Shown one piece after another: positions 1-9,564 of a stretch of 64,000 nucleotides of DNA; position 1 is the stretch's first letter; each line of letters starts with the position of its first letter. A program made the translations under genes and the position numbers. The notes below the pieces were generated by a model. That model saw nothing but the letters and a program-made list of their open reading frames with translations. It had not been told where the DNA came from and made no database searches. This DNA comes from Candidatus Omnitrophota bacterium (GTDB lineage: Bacteria > Omnitrophota > Gorgyraeia > Zapsychrales > JANLHA01), in the NCBI GenBank assembly GCA_029560465.1, contig JAKQKX010000063.1, positions 67,796-131,795 of the forward strand, in the 5' to 3' direction.

Positions 1-202
1 AAATGGAGGGGGTCATCCGGATGCGTTTGCGACAGTAACCTTTATAACTGCAAATTAAAAGCAGCGGGCGGATGCGTTTCCCGGGCCGGAGGATGAAGTC
101 CCGGATGCCATGAAAAAGGATGGGGTCAATCTGGTCGAGCCTATAATTTTGATAAGCCTTGCTTAAAAAGGTGTCTAAACTTTGGTCGATTTTTTTTCTC
201 AT
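1..202 (-). CDS. polyprenyl diphosphate synthase (IspA/IspB-type), N-terminal fragment running off the window start
   Basis: The reverse-complement translation from the ATG at 202..200 reads MRKKIDQSLDTFLSKAYQNYRLDQIDPILFHGIRDFILRPGKRIRPLLLICSYKGYCRK. GKRxRPLL is the characteristic N-terminal motif of trans-prenyltransferases. Confidence 0.55.
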   Translation of the reverse strand, partial: MRKKIDQSLDTFLSKAYQNYRLDQIDPILFHGIRDFILRPGKRIRPLLLICSYKGYCRKRIRMTPSI

Positions 203-342
203 TTGTGTTAACATGGGCATTATCCTAACATAGCTGGGGCACGGCTGCAACTTTTATGTCATTGGGGCCTGCTGTTGTCCTCAACCCGGCGTTGGTGTTT
301 TTAAATAACAGAAAAGGCATTTATTTTGAAAAGGAGTTTGTT

Positions 343-903
343 ATGAAGAATCGTTTTTGGGCGGGACTGCTGGTGCTGTTGTTATGTCCTGGTTCGCTTT
401 GGGCGGATGAGATTCTTTTAAAAAACGGGAATAAGATTGACGGAAAGATCCTGGAAGAGAGCAAGTATTCCATTAAGGTGCTGGTGGATAAAAAGATTCA
501 GACGTTTTACCTCTCGGAAATTGAGAAAATCACCCGGGACGAGGAAATCGCCAAAGAGAAAAAAGAGAAAAAAGAAGGGGATGCTAAGAAGAAAGAACTG
601 ATCCTGAATTTGCTGAAGGCCAATTTAGCCCGGGACAATATGCAGAAGATTTTCAATCAGATTATCGAACAGGCGCCGGAGGAAACCCAGTCGCGGCTGC
701 GTAAAATTTTGTTGCCGGATGAAATTATTGAAAGGCTTGTTCCGCTTTATTCTAAATACTATTCTTCCGAAGAACTACAGGATTTGATCAATTTTTATAC
801 CAGCCCAACCGGGAAAAAGCACCTTGAAAAGACCCCAGAGCTTCTGGAAGAAACGTTGGTGGAAGCCGTGAAATATTTTCAGGATAAAGTCGCGGAACAG
901 TAA
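343..903 (+). CDS. secreted protein: N-terminal beta-hairpin motif plus a Lys/Glu-rich linker plus a DUF2059-like helical C-terminus
   Basis: The internal ATG at 343 has an AAAGGAG RBS 9 nt upstream. A signal peptide (MKNRFWAGLLVLLLCPGSLWA) follows. The C-terminus (ILNLLKANLARDNMQKIFNQIIEQ...LQDLINFYTSPTGKKHLEK) resembles DUF2059. The 5' extension from 256 lacks an RBS. Confidence 0.4.
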   Translation: MKNRFWAGLLVLLLCPGSLWADEILLKNGNKIDGKILEESKYSIKVLVDKKIQTFYLSEIEKITRDEEIAKEKKEKKEGDAKKKELILNLLKANLARDNMQKIFNQIIEQAPEETQSRLRKILLPDEIIERLVPLYSKYYSSEELQDLINFYTSPTGKKHLEKTPELLEETLVEAVKYFQDKVAEQ

Positions 904-1008
904 CCCATCGGCCCCCTAAGCCCTATGTGAGGGGGGCTGATGTCCCGCTATGGGTTGCGTATATCACGTCCTGTTTCTTAAACAGCGGTAATTAATGCCG
1001 GAAAAATC

Positions 1009-1037
1009 TTGACCGCATTTTTTCTCTATGATATCAT
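1009..1037 (+). promoter_or_regulatory. sigma70-like promoter upstream of the GH94 gene (TTGACC-17-TATCAT)
   Basis: -35 TTGACC is at 1009..1014 and -10 TATCAT at 1032..1037, about 60 nt upstream of the ATG at 1100. Confidence 0.4.
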
Positions 1038-1099
1038 CCCACTTATTCTTGATTTAAAAAATAGGAAAATATTTTTACCTGGAAGAAAGGTTTACGCCC

Positions 1100-3517
1100 A
1101 TGAAGTACGGTTCTTTTTCAAAATCGGGGTTGGAATACGTGATTTCCACGCCGCTGACCCCCCGGCCCTGGATTAATTATCTTACGAATGAAAACTACTG
1201 CAGCATCATTTCCCATTGCGCGGGGGGATACAGTTTTTATAAAGACTGCCGCACAAACCGGATAACCCGTTGGGCGCCGGAAAACTGGCATTTTGACCGG
1301 CCTGGGAAATATATATTTATGAGGGATGGCGCAAAGGCGTGGTCCTTAACTTATCAGCCCCTGCGGGTTAAGCCCCAAAAATACGAATGCCGCCACGGAT
1401 TGGGTTATACAACAATTTCCGCGGTCAATAACGGCGTTCATTCGGAAGTGACCTATTTTGTCCCGGAACACGATTCCTGCGAGGTTTGGTTGGTCAAGAT
1501 TTCCAATCAGACCAAAAAGGAGAAGAAACTGGAAATTTATCCCTATGTAGAATTCCTGATCGGGGATTATCATGAGGAGATCCGGTACCGGAATATTATG
1601 AACCTGTACACGCGGGTCTGGTTTGATAAAGGACAGAAGGCTGTCTTTGCCCAAAAAACCGCGCAGTGGCAGGGGATGAATATCCAGCCGTTTGATTCGC
1701 TGATTTATTTTGCCTCGTCCCTGGCCGTGAAAGGATGCTGCACGCAAAAGGACGCTTTTCTCGGGCGGTATAATTCCGAGGAGAAGCCGGAAGCGGTTTT
1801 AGAAGGGCGTTTTAAGAATTTTCCTCTTTGTTCAGGGGAAGACGGCATTGGGTCTTTTAAGCATAGCGTGACTCTGAAGCCCGGGGAGACGAAAGAATTT
1901 TCAGTTATTTTGGGGCAGACGCCCGATGTCCCGGGTGTAGGGAAGCTGATTGCCAAGTACCGCGACCTGAAGCAGGCCAGAGCGGAATTTGAGAAGACCC
2001 GAGAGCTGTGGCGCAGGCGCGTCACGGAGAATATTGTTTTGGAGACCCCGGACAAGGATTTTAATACTTTATTTAATGTGTGGGTCAAGTATCAGTTATA
2101 TATTTGTAACCTGTGGTCGCGGTCTCCGAGTTTTTATCATGAAGGGTCCGGCGGCCGGGGGTACCGGGATTCGGCCCAGGATTCCGAAGCCGTTGTGTCC
2201 ATTAACGCGTCTTTAACCCGTCAAAAGATTTTGAAACTGGCCTCCTTGATCCGTCGTGATGGCACGTCTGCCCCAGGATGGTCGGAAACAGCGGGGCCGC
2301 ACAAATTCCTCCCGAATAAAGATCATCCCGTTTGGCTGACGACGACTGTCACGGCCTATATTAAGGAAACGGGCGACAAGGATATCTTGTGTGAATATGT
2401 CCCGTATTTGAAGGATAAATGGATCAACGGATGGGAGGTTGATCCGAATTATCACGGCGGCGCGCAGACGGACGGGGAAGGGACATTGCTGGAGCATTTG
2501 GAAAAGAACTTAAGTTTTTGTTTTAATGATGTCGGAGAGAAGGGCTTTCCACGGATCGGGCACGCCGACTGGAATGACGCGATTGACGCGGCGGGCATCA
2601 AGCACAGGGGGGAAAGCGTCTGGCTGGCGCAGGCCTTAGTCCGTTCTTTGAAAATGCTGGCCGAGCTCTGTCAGCTCGTGAATGAGGAACAGAAAAAATC
2701 CGAATACCTGCAGATGGCCAAAACCATGACGGAACGCATTAATAACGCCGGCTGGGACGGGGAATGGTATTCCCGCGGGTTTGATGACCAGGGGCAGGTT
2801 TACGGCAGCAAACAGGATAAAGAGGGCAAGATATTTTTAAACACGCAGGCCTGGGCGGTTCTTTCCGGAGTGGCCGAAGGCGAACGGTTGAAAAAGATTT
2901 TACAGTCCACGGATAAGCATTTGAACGGCCCGCACGGATTGGCGCTGTTCGCCCCGGCGTTTTCAGGCTGGGTTAAAAGGCTGGGCCGGATCAGCATGTT
3001 TTCAGAAGGAACGAAAGAAAATGCGGCGGTGTTCTGCCACGCGGCCACGTTCATGGCGGTGGGTTACGCCATGGCCGGGTACGGCGCGAAAGCTTACGAA
3101 GCGGTCTGCAAAATTATGCCTAATAAACAGAAAAATATGGACCTTTATAAAACTGAACCCTATGTGTTCGCGGAATATTTGGTCGGGCCGGATAATCCTT
3201 ACCGGTATGGGGAAGGTGCTTTTACCTGGATCACGGGAACATCGGGTTGGAATTTTATGCTGGCGACAGAGTGGATCTGCGGGGTCCGCCGGGATTTCCA
3301 GGGGCTCAAAATCGATCCATGCCTGCCTCCGCAGTGGAAGAAATGTTGTGTGCGCCGGCCTTTTAGGGGGGATATTTACGAGATTGAAATCCTCAACCCG
3401 AAAGGGAAAGAAAAGGGCGAGAAGACGATAACGGTAGACGGACAACGGATAGATGGGGACGTTATAGTTCCTTTTAAAGACGGCCAGGTCCACCGCGTTA
3501 AGGTGGTTCTGGGATAA
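1100..3517 (+). CDS. GH94 glycoside phosphorylase (cellobiose/cellodextrin/laminaribiose/chitobiose phosphorylase family)
   Basis: The 805-aa product has the N-terminus EYVISTPLTPRPWINYLTNENYCSIISHCAGGYSFYKDCRTNRITRW, which is collinear with the cellobiose phosphorylase N-terminal domain. The GHADWNDA motif matches the GH94 catalytic region (GRADWND), and the length is typical for GH94. Confidence 0.85.
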   Translation: MKYGSFSKSGLEYVISTPLTPRPWINYLTNENYCSIISHCAGGYSFYKDCRTNRITRWAPENWHFDRPGKYIFMRDGAKAWSLTYQPLRVKPQKYECRHGLGYTTISAVNNGVHSEVTYFVPEHDSCEVWLVKISNQTKKEKKLEIYPYVEFLIGDYHEEIRYRNIMNLYTRVWFDKGQKAVFAQKTAQWQGMNIQPFDSLIYFASSLAVKGCCTQKDAFLGRYNSEEKPEAVLEGRFKNFPLCSGEDGIGSFKHSVTLKPGETKEFSVILGQTPDVPGVGKLIAKYRDLKQARAEFEKTRELWRRRVTENIVLETPDKDFNTLFNVWVKYQLYICNLWSRSPSFYHEGSGGRGYRDSAQDSEAVVSINASLTRQKILKLASLIRRDGTSAPGWSETAGPHKFLPNKDHPVWLTTTVTAYIKETGDKDILCEYVPYLKDKWINGWEVDPNYHGGAQTDGEGTLLEHLEKNLSFCFNDVGEKGFPRIGHADWNDAIDAAGIKHRGESVWLAQALVRSLKMLAELCQLVNEEQKKSEYLQMAKTMTERINNAGWDGEWYSRGFDDQGQVYGSKQDKEGKIFLNTQAWAVLSGVAEGERLKKILQSTDKHLNGPHGLALFAPAFSGWVKRLGRISMFSEGTKENAAVFCHAATFMAVGYAMAGYGAKAYEAVCKIMPNKQKNMDLYKTEPYVFAEYLVGPDNPYRYGEGAFTWITGTSGWNFMLATEWICGVRRDFQGLKIDPCLPPQWKKCCVRRPFRGDIYEIEILNPKGKEKGEKTITVDGQRIDGDVIVPFKDGQVHRVKVVLG

Positions 3518-3556
3518 GAGCGGGTGGGGCTTGTGTGATATTAGAGAAACGCTTTT

Positions 3557-3585
3557 TTGACAAAGTAAAACATGCGTGATAGAAT
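3557..3585 (+). promoter_or_regulatory. near-consensus sigma70 promoter upstream of the ABC binding-protein gene (TTGACA-17-TAGAAT)
   Basis: -35 TTGACA is at 3557..3562 and -10 TAGAAT at 3580..3585, in the 200-bp gap before the ATG at 3721. Confidence 0.5.
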
Positions 3586-3720
3586 ACGCCGTTATCTATT
3601 CTTATATTAAAGACATAATGTTTAATTTAATCATCCCAATGATTTAAAGCTCATCCCCGAAGTCGTCGTTTTCAATATGAATTTGTTCTACTCATTGGGG
3701 CCTCATTTAAAGGAGCGGGT

Positions 3721-5031
3721 ATGAAAGGGAAATTGCTGTTGGTGATCGGGTTTTGTGCCTTGGCGACCATTATCTGGAGTTGTCAAAGTTGCGGGCCGGC
3801 TGTGCCTCCCAATAAAAATATGATTACGGTATGGCATTGGATGACCGATCGGCATGACGCTTTCAATGAATTGGCCAAGCGCTATCAGGCCGAAACGGGC
3901 GTGGAAGTGGTTTTTGAATTATACGCCCCGTCTGACGTTTATTCCCAAAAAATTATAGCCGCTGCCCAGGCGCATATCTTGCCGGATATTTTTGGCATCC
4001 TGGATAAAAAGGCCGTGTTCGCAACGTTTATTGAAAGCGGATTCATCGCCAATTTGACGGAGGAATTTCAGAAAGATGAGGCGGCATGGGAAAAAAGCCT
4101 TTTCCCAAAAGCCCTTTCCGCCAACCGTTTTGAAGAAGGCAATGTTTATAATATTAAACCGGGTATTTACGGGGTTCCGATTGATGTGACCAATATCCAG
4201 ATGCTTTATAACAAGAAGCTGCTGGAGAAAGCCGGGGTCGTGCGTGCTCCCCAGACGTTTGACGAGTTCCTGGCCGCGACCGAAGCCCTGAATCGGGTCG
4301 GCGTTTCCGGGCTGGTTTCCGGTTGGGGCGAGCTTTGGATGGCGGATTGCTTCGCGTCTAATTACGCGTTTAATATTATGGGAGAAGACAAGGTCATGAA
4401 CACGTTCCGCGGGAAAGTGCCGTACACTGACCCGGAATGGATTGAAGTGTTCCGGATTTTTGATATTTTACGGCAAAAAGGCGCTTTGGTGGAAGGGATT
4501 GTGACTAAAGCCAATAAGTACGCGGAACAGGACTTTGCCTTGGGCCGGGCCGCTTTCGCGTTTAACGGGTCCTGGTGCGTGAATGTGTACCATGAGATGA
4601 ACCCGGATTTGGAGTATGGGATTATCCTTCCTCCTAAATATAACACGAGTCTTCCCATGCGGATTTGGGGAGGCGCAGGATCATCGTTTGTTGTCAATAG
4701 CGCTTCTGAAAAACAGGATAAAGCCGTCGCTTTCCTGAAATGGCTTTCCGCAAAAGAACAACAGGCGTATTTGTCTCAGGAAACTTTGAACCTGCCGGCT
4801 AACCGGTATGCGCTGACCGATATCCCGGCTGTGCTTTCGGAATTCGCCCGGGCCATGGACGCGACCACCCATCCGACGATTTGGCCGTTGAATGAGGAAC
4901 CCTTGGTGATCGAGGCGTTTGACAAGGGGATTCAATCGATTATCATAGGAGAGAAAACTCCCGAACAAGTTGCCCAGGACGTGCAGAACGTGAAAGAGCG
5001 TGAGATGGCGAAAAAACAAAAACGGAAATAA
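3721..5031 (+). CDS. carbohydrate ABC transporter substrate-binding lipoprotein (family 1 SBP)
   Basis: A lipoprotein signal (LLLVIGFCALATIIWSCQSC) is present. The 436-aa size and sequence pattern fit sugar-binding SBPs. Two permease genes lie immediately downstream. Confidence 0.75.
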   Translation: MKGKLLLVIGFCALATIIWSCQSCGPAVPPNKNMITVWHWMTDRHDAFNELAKRYQAETGVEVVFELYAPSDVYSQKIIAAAQAHILPDIFGILDKKAVFATFIESGFIANLTEEFQKDEAAWEKSLFPKALSANRFEEGNVYNIKPGIYGVPIDVTNIQMLYNKKLLEKAGVVRAPQTFDEFLAATEALNRVGVSGLVSGWGELWMADCFASNYAFNIMGEDKVMNTFRGKVPYTDPEWIEVFRIFDILRQKGALVEGIVTKANKYAEQDFALGRAAFAFNGSWCVNVYHEMNPDLEYGIILPPKYNTSLPMRIWGGAGSSFVVNSASEKQDKAVAFLKWLSAKEQQAYLSQETLNLPANRYALTDIPAVLSEFARAMDATTHPTIWPLNEEPLVIEAFDKGIQSIIIGEKTPEQVAQDVQNVKEREMAKKQKRK

Positions 5032-5053
5032 CTTTTAAACGAAATTAATCATA

Positions 5054-5983
5054 ATGTCTTTGGCTCTCAAAAGCAAATTTTCACTTCCAAACCTTCGAGA
5101 TCACCTGGAGAGTTTCGCGTTTGTCCTGCCCGCCGTCCTTATTTTTTGTATATTTTATATCGTCCCATTTTACGAAATATTTAAACTGTCCCTGCAGGAA
5201 TGGGATGGCATCAGTTTATCCAGAAGTTATATTGGATTTGAGAATTTTAAAGAATTGTTGGTTGACCAGGGCTGGTGGAGGTCGATGTGGAATGCCGCCT
5301 ATATTACCCTGGTGGCCCTGACCTTTCAGAATGCGCTGGCCTTTGCTCTGGCCCTGGCCTGTGACCAGGAAATTTTTATGAAAGGGGTGTACCGGGTTAT
5401 TTTCTTTATCCCTCCGGTGCTTTCCGAAGTCGTGGTCGGGCTTATCTGGTCCTGGATTCTTTATTCCGGCATGCAGGACGGCCAGCATATCGGGTTGTTG
5501 AATACTGCTTTGGAAAAAATCGGTTTTTCGAACCTGATCACCAATTGGCTGTCCAATCCCAAGACGGTGTTGACCTGCATCGCCGTGGTCCATTCCTGGA
5601 AAGGGTTTGGGTGGGGCTTCATCATGTTTTTAGCCGGGTTGCAGACGATTGACCGCCAGCTATATGAGGCGGCGCGGGTGGATGGCGCCGGGTCGCTCAG
5701 TGTTTTTAAAAATGTGACGGTTCCCATGATGCTGCCGGTGATCGTGGTTGTGATGATTTTAACGATCCTGGGGGCGATGCAGGCTTTTGTCCTTATCCTG
5801 ACGTTGGCGGGCAGTTCGGGGCTGGGGGATTATACCGCCGTCCCGGTGACCAAGATCTTGGCGGCCATGACCGGGCAGAACCGCTACGGTTATGCCTGCG
5901 CCATGGGGGTTAATTTCGGGATGATTTTAATAGCCGTGTCTTTTGTCCTCAAGAAAATGTCCGAACAGATGAAACAGGCTTAA
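5054..5983 (+). CDS. sugar ABC transporter permease (MalF/UgpA-like)
   Basis: Six predicted TM helices with an EAA-type loop (LYEAARVDGAGSLSVFKNVTVP). Confidence 0.8.
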   Translation: MSLALKSKFSLPNLRDHLESFAFVLPAVLIFCIFYIVPFYEIFKLSLQEWDGISLSRSYIGFENFKELLVDQGWWRSMWNAAYITLVALTFQNALAFALALACDQEIFMKGVYRVIFFIPPVLSEVVVGLIWSWILYSGMQDGQHIGLLNTALEKIGFSNLITNWLSNPKTVLTCIAVVHSWKGFGWGFIMFLAGLQTIDRQLYEAARVDGAGSLSVFKNVTVPMMLPVIVVVMILTILGAMQAFVLILTLAGSSGLGDYTAVPVTKILAAMTGQNRYGYACAMGVNFGMILIAVSFVLKKMSEQMKQA

Positions 5984-5997
5984 AAAGAGGAATACAT

Positions 5998-6870
5998 ATG
6001 ATCAGCAAATACAGGGTGATCCGGGCTGTTAAGGCGACATTGATCCATATTTTTCTTTTGACCGTGACCATAACGTGCTTGTTCCCGTTGTTTTGGATGG
6101 CCCGTTCGGCGCTGATGAGCAACAAAACGATTTTTACGGATAAATCCCTGATTCCGGCGGAGATTCATTTTGATAATTTCGTGAAGGCTTGGACGCAAGG
6201 ACAGTTCGGCATGTATTCGCTCAATAGCCTCATTTACACCTTTTCCGTTGTGATTGGGATCGTGGTGATTTCGTCTCTGGCGGCTTATGCTTTTTCCCGG
6301 CTGGAGTTCCCGGGCAAGAATTTCTTCTTTTACATGTTTGTCATGGCCATGATGATCCCGCTCCCCGGGAGTTTTGTCCCGTTAACGGTGTTGATGACGA
6401 AGTTGGGGTTCATCAATTCGTCGTACCCGTTTGTCCGGCAGCTGGGGTATGTGCTGTGTATGATCAACGTGGGCTTATCGCTCAGTATTCTGCTTTTAAA
6501 AACTTTTTTTGACAAGATGCCTCCGGACCTGGAAGACGCCGCCCGTATTGACGGTTGCTCGAAGCTGGGGATATGGAGGCATGTGGCTTTACCCTTGGCC
6601 CGGCCGGCCATTGCCGTTATCGTGATTTTTAACGCATTGAATGTTTGGAATGAGTATATCCTGGCGATGTTGTTGTTAAACGACATCCCGAATCATCCTA
6701 CCATCATGCCGATCCAAAGGGGCCTCATGGTTTTTCAGGGAACATACCTCGCGGACTATCCTCTTTTGATGGCTGGGTTGACCATCGCTGCCGTTCCAAT
6801 TATTTTGGTGTATCTTCTGATGCAAAAGCACATTATTAAAGGTTTGTCATCCGGCGCTGTCGTTGGATAA
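5998..6870 (+). CDS. sugar ABC transporter permease (MalG/UgpE-like)
   Basis: The EAA loop (LEDAARIDGCSKLGIWRHVALPLARPA) is typical of MalG-type permeases. Confidence 0.8.
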   Translation: MISKYRVIRAVKATLIHIFLLTVTITCLFPLFWMARSALMSNKTIFTDKSLIPAEIHFDNFVKAWTQGQFGMYSLNSLIYTFSVVIGIVVISSLAAYAFSRLEFPGKNFFFYMFVMAMMIPLPGSFVPLTVLMTKLGFINSSYPFVRQLGYVLCMINVGLSLSILLLKTFFDKMPPDLEDAARIDGCSKLGIWRHVALPLARPAIAVIVIFNALNVWNEYILAMLLLNDIPNHPTIMPIQRGLMVFQGTYLADYPLLMAGLTIAAVPIILVYLLMQKHIIKGLSSGAVVG

Positions 6871-6893
6871 TCAGAACTGGGAGGGTTTTTATT

Positions 6894-9506
6894 GTGAGAA
6901 AAAACAAACAAGGGGAAAAAACTGTATTAGGATTTTTATTCCTGGCCGGATTTCTTTCGCTGGGGTTGGTGACGTCGGGCTGGACGCAGGGTGCGGATGG
7001 CGAAAGCCTTGTTGTTGATAGGGCGGTTGAGGCGAAGCAGGCTACTGAAGCGGAGGGTTCTCTCGCGCCGAGCCCGGAAGAAGAGCTTTTGGCGGAACCC
7101 GAGGGCGTTGCTGTTGCGGAGGATCCCTCAGAGGAAACGGAAGCTCCGGAAGCGGGTGAGGGAAAGACGGAAGAGGAGAGTCCGGCCGAGGGTGCTGCCG
7201 TGGATGAGGTTTCTAAAGAAGAAATGAATATTACTTTGCCGGTGGGAGGGGAGGCTGTCCCTTACACGGACATCGAGCTTGAGGCGGGGGCGACCAAGGA
7301 TGATTTTGTCCGGAAATCCTGGGAACTGTCCAGCCAGAGGAAATTAGAGCAGCTGGATAAGCTGGTGGCGGTGGCGTTGGCACTTTTTGATGGGGAGGCC
7401 CGCAAAGAACAAGCGTCTTTGTCTGGATTCCCAGGGCGGGGTAAGGAAAAGGATTATGCTTATTTAAACACGGTGGCGACCATCCTGTTTGTGCAGGCGG
7501 AAGCGATGATGAATTATGGCCGTACGGAAGAGTCGATCGCGACATTCCAGAAAATTATTGATGAATATCCCTGGGCGCAAGCTTGGGATCCTTCTCGGGG
7601 GTCATACTGGTCTGTGGCGGAAAAGAGCCAGGCGAGCATTGATGTCATGACCGGGAAAGTCGAAGAAGAGCCGGACGAGCCGCCGACACGGTTGCGGACG
7701 CTGCCTTCCCTGGCCTTTCCCGGAACGGTCCAAGTGGTCGATTATCATAAATACGGGGAGTTTCTCGATGTGGGAACAGACCGGTATCATTATAAGATTA
7801 ATGACCTTAAAGGGTTGAAAGAGGCTGTGGGGGAAGGGGTTTATCCCAATACCGCGGATGTGTTTAAGGATCCGAAATATAAGCAGGCAAAAAAAGAAGG
7901 CCGCCTTGAAGGCAGCCACTGGGATTTTGTGCACAGCGATGACCTGGAAGCCGCTTTTTATAAATGGGCGACGGCCCCGGAACCCGGCGGCGTCAAGCTT
8001 TTTTACCTGGGTATGATTTTTGAAAAAGCGCAAATGTATTATGAGGCCATTAAAACTTACCAGGCCATTATCGTTCATTTTCCAAAGACGGTCGGGTGGA
8101 CGTATTGGCAGACGCCTTGGTATCCGGCTCAAGCCGCGGTTTCCAAGATTATTTATTTGGTGCGTTCCCACCCGGAATTAAATTTAAAAGTGAAATGGAT
8201 GAAAATAGAAGTTAAGAACGGTTTTGATAATGATGTCAGCAACGATGTTGTGGTTACGTATCCTGGTGTCATTCAGGAAAGAGGGTGGATGGATAAAGTT
8301 AAGGAAGGGCTGAACCTGGATAAAAAGAAGGTGCCTTTACGCAATGTCACGCGGCGTTTGGGGGAAGGCAAGGTTTCTCTGGTGCAGTATGATAACGGCC
8401 ACTGGCAGCTCCTGGTGGAAGGCAAGCCGTATGTTATTAAAGGAGTCACGTATGCTCCGACCAAAATCGGTCAGAGCCCGGATAAGGGGACCTTGGTGTC
8501 TTGGATGTATGAAGATACCAACAAGAACGGCAAGGCGGATGGACCGTTTGATGCCTGGGTGGACGCCAACGGTAATAATCAGCAGGACCCGGATGAATTG
8601 GTCGTCGGGGACTTTCAGTTGATCCAGGAGATGGGCGGCAATACCCTCCGGGAATACCACCAGCCGTTTAAACCGAACAAGGACGTTCTGAGGAAGCTTT
8701 ATGAGGAATATGGGATCCGGGTGATCCTGGGGGATTTCCTTGGGAAATACACTCTGGGGTCTGGGGCGTCCTGGTTTGAAGGGACCGATTATGAAAATCC
8801 GGAACATCAGAAGAATATGATGGAATCCGTCCGTCAAATGGTTATGGAACATAAGGATGAGCCTTATCTTTTGTTTTGGCTTTTAGGGAACGAGAACAAT
8901 TACGGAGTCGCCTCTAACGCAGATAAGAAGCCGGAGGCGTATTATAAATTCGCCAATGAGGTGGCTAAAATGATCAAAAGCATTGACCCTAACCATCCGG
9001 TGGCGTTATGTAACGGCGACACCCTGTATCTGGATATTTTCGCGAAGAACGCTCCGGATATTGATATGTTTGCGGCCAATGTTTATCGCGGTGATTATGG
9101 TTTCGGCGCTTTCTGGCAGCAGATTCAGGAGTCGACCGGGAAAGCGGCTTTTATTACCGAGTATGGCTGCCCGGCCTACGCCAAGCATCTCACGAAAGCG
9201 GAGGGGGAAGAAGCGCAGATGAACTATCACCGCGGCAACTGGCATGATATTGAAGCGAATATGGCGGGCCACCCGGAGGGCGCGGGGAACGCCATTGGGG
9301 GGGTTGTCTTTGAGTGGACGGATGAATGGTGGAAGAATTATGAGCCGTTTTATCATGACCGCCGGTCTGATGCGATCGGGCCTTTCCCCGGCGGATACTA
9401 TTATGAAGAATGGTTTGGTATTACAAGCCAGGGCAATGGAACGCACAGCCCCTTTATGCGCCAGTTGAGGAAAAGTTATAAATTTTATAAGGAAGCCTGG
9501 AATTAA
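6894..9506 (+). CDS. secreted multidomain clan GH-A enzyme, GH72-like (Gas/Gel/Phr-type glucanosyltransferase/glucanase fold) with an N-terminal acidic linker and two Trp-rich helical modules
   Basis: GTG start with a signal peptide. Residues ~30-110 form a low-complexity E/A/P-rich linker. Two copies of the ...DEYPWAQAWDPSRGSYW / ...HFPKTVGWTYWQTPWYPAQA module follow. The C-terminal TIM-barrel motif series is YVIKGVTYAP, GGNTLREYHQP, LFWLLGNENNYG (acid/base NE), DMFAANVYRGDYGF and FITEYGCPAY (nucleophile E). Confidence 0.7.
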   Translation: MRKNKQGEKTVLGFLFLAGFLSLGLVTSGWTQGADGESLVVDRAVEAKQATEAEGSLAPSPEEELLAEPEGVAVAEDPSEETEAPEAGEGKTEEESPAEGAAVDEVSKEEMNITLPVGGEAVPYTDIELEAGATKDDFVRKSWELSSQRKLEQLDKLVAVALALFDGEARKEQASLSGFPGRGKEKDYAYLNTVATILFVQAEAMMNYGRTEESIATFQKIIDEYPWAQAWDPSRGSYWSVAEKSQASIDVMTGKVEEEPDEPPTRLRTLPSLAFPGTVQVVDYHKYGEFLDVGTDRYHYKINDLKGLKEAVGEGVYPNTADVFKDPKYKQAKKEGRLEGSHWDFVHSDDLEAAFYKWATAPEPGGVKLFYLGMIFEKAQMYYEAIKTYQAIIVHFPKTVGWTYWQTPWYPAQAAVSKIIYLVRSHPELNLKVKWMKIEVKNGFDNDVSNDVVVTYPGVIQERGWMDKVKEGLNLDKKKVPLRNVTRRLGEGKVSLVQYDNGHWQLLVEGKPYVIKGVTYAPTKIGQSPDKGTLVSWMYEDTNKNGKADGPFDAWVDANGNNQQDPDELVVGDFQLIQEMGGNTLREYHQPFKPNKDVLRKLYEEYGIRVILGDFLGKYTLGSGASWFEGTDYENPEHQKNMMESVRQMVMEHKDEPYLLFWLLGNENNYGVASNADKKPEAYYKFANEVAKMIKSIDPNHPVALCNGDTLYLDIFAKNAPDIDMFAANVYRGDYGFGAFWQQIQESTGKAAFITEYGCPAYAKHLTKAEGEEAQMNYHRGNWHDIEANMAGHPEGAGNAIGGVVFEWTDEWWKNYEPFYHDRRSDAIGPFPGGYYYEEWFGITSQGNGTHSPFMRQLRKSYKFYKEAWN

Positions 9507-9534
9507 GGAGATACGGTTGTCCTCAATATAAAAT

Positions 9535-9564
9535 TTGCTAAATAACAGGTAAAAATGCTATAAT
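9535..9564 (+). promoter_or_regulatory. sigma70-like promoter (TTGCTA-18-TATAAT) upstream of the Trp-rich module gene
   Basis: -35 TTGCTA is at 9535..9540 and -10 TATAAT at 9559..9564, in an AT-rich 230-bp gap. Confidence 0.4.

Noticed and set aside
926-1000. The GGGGGGCUGAUG... string resembles the 5' end of tmRNA.
   Set aside because: Only the first ~10 nt match. The region has no tRNA-like 3' domain (GGUUCGAxUCC...CCA) and no tag-peptide reading frame, and it is only 200 bp of intergenic sequence. It more likely forms a short GC hairpin downstream of the 343..903 gene.
3540-3600. A possible LacI operator palindrome near the SBP promoter.
   Set aside because: Only an imperfect 5-6 bp inverted repeat (ATAGA...TCTAT) is present, which is too weak to call without a known consensus for this regulator.
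6991-7227. An Arg-rich 78-aa ORF in an alternate frame inside the 870-aa gene.
   Set aside because: It is a frame-shifted reading of the GA-rich acidic-linker region and its composition is an artefact.
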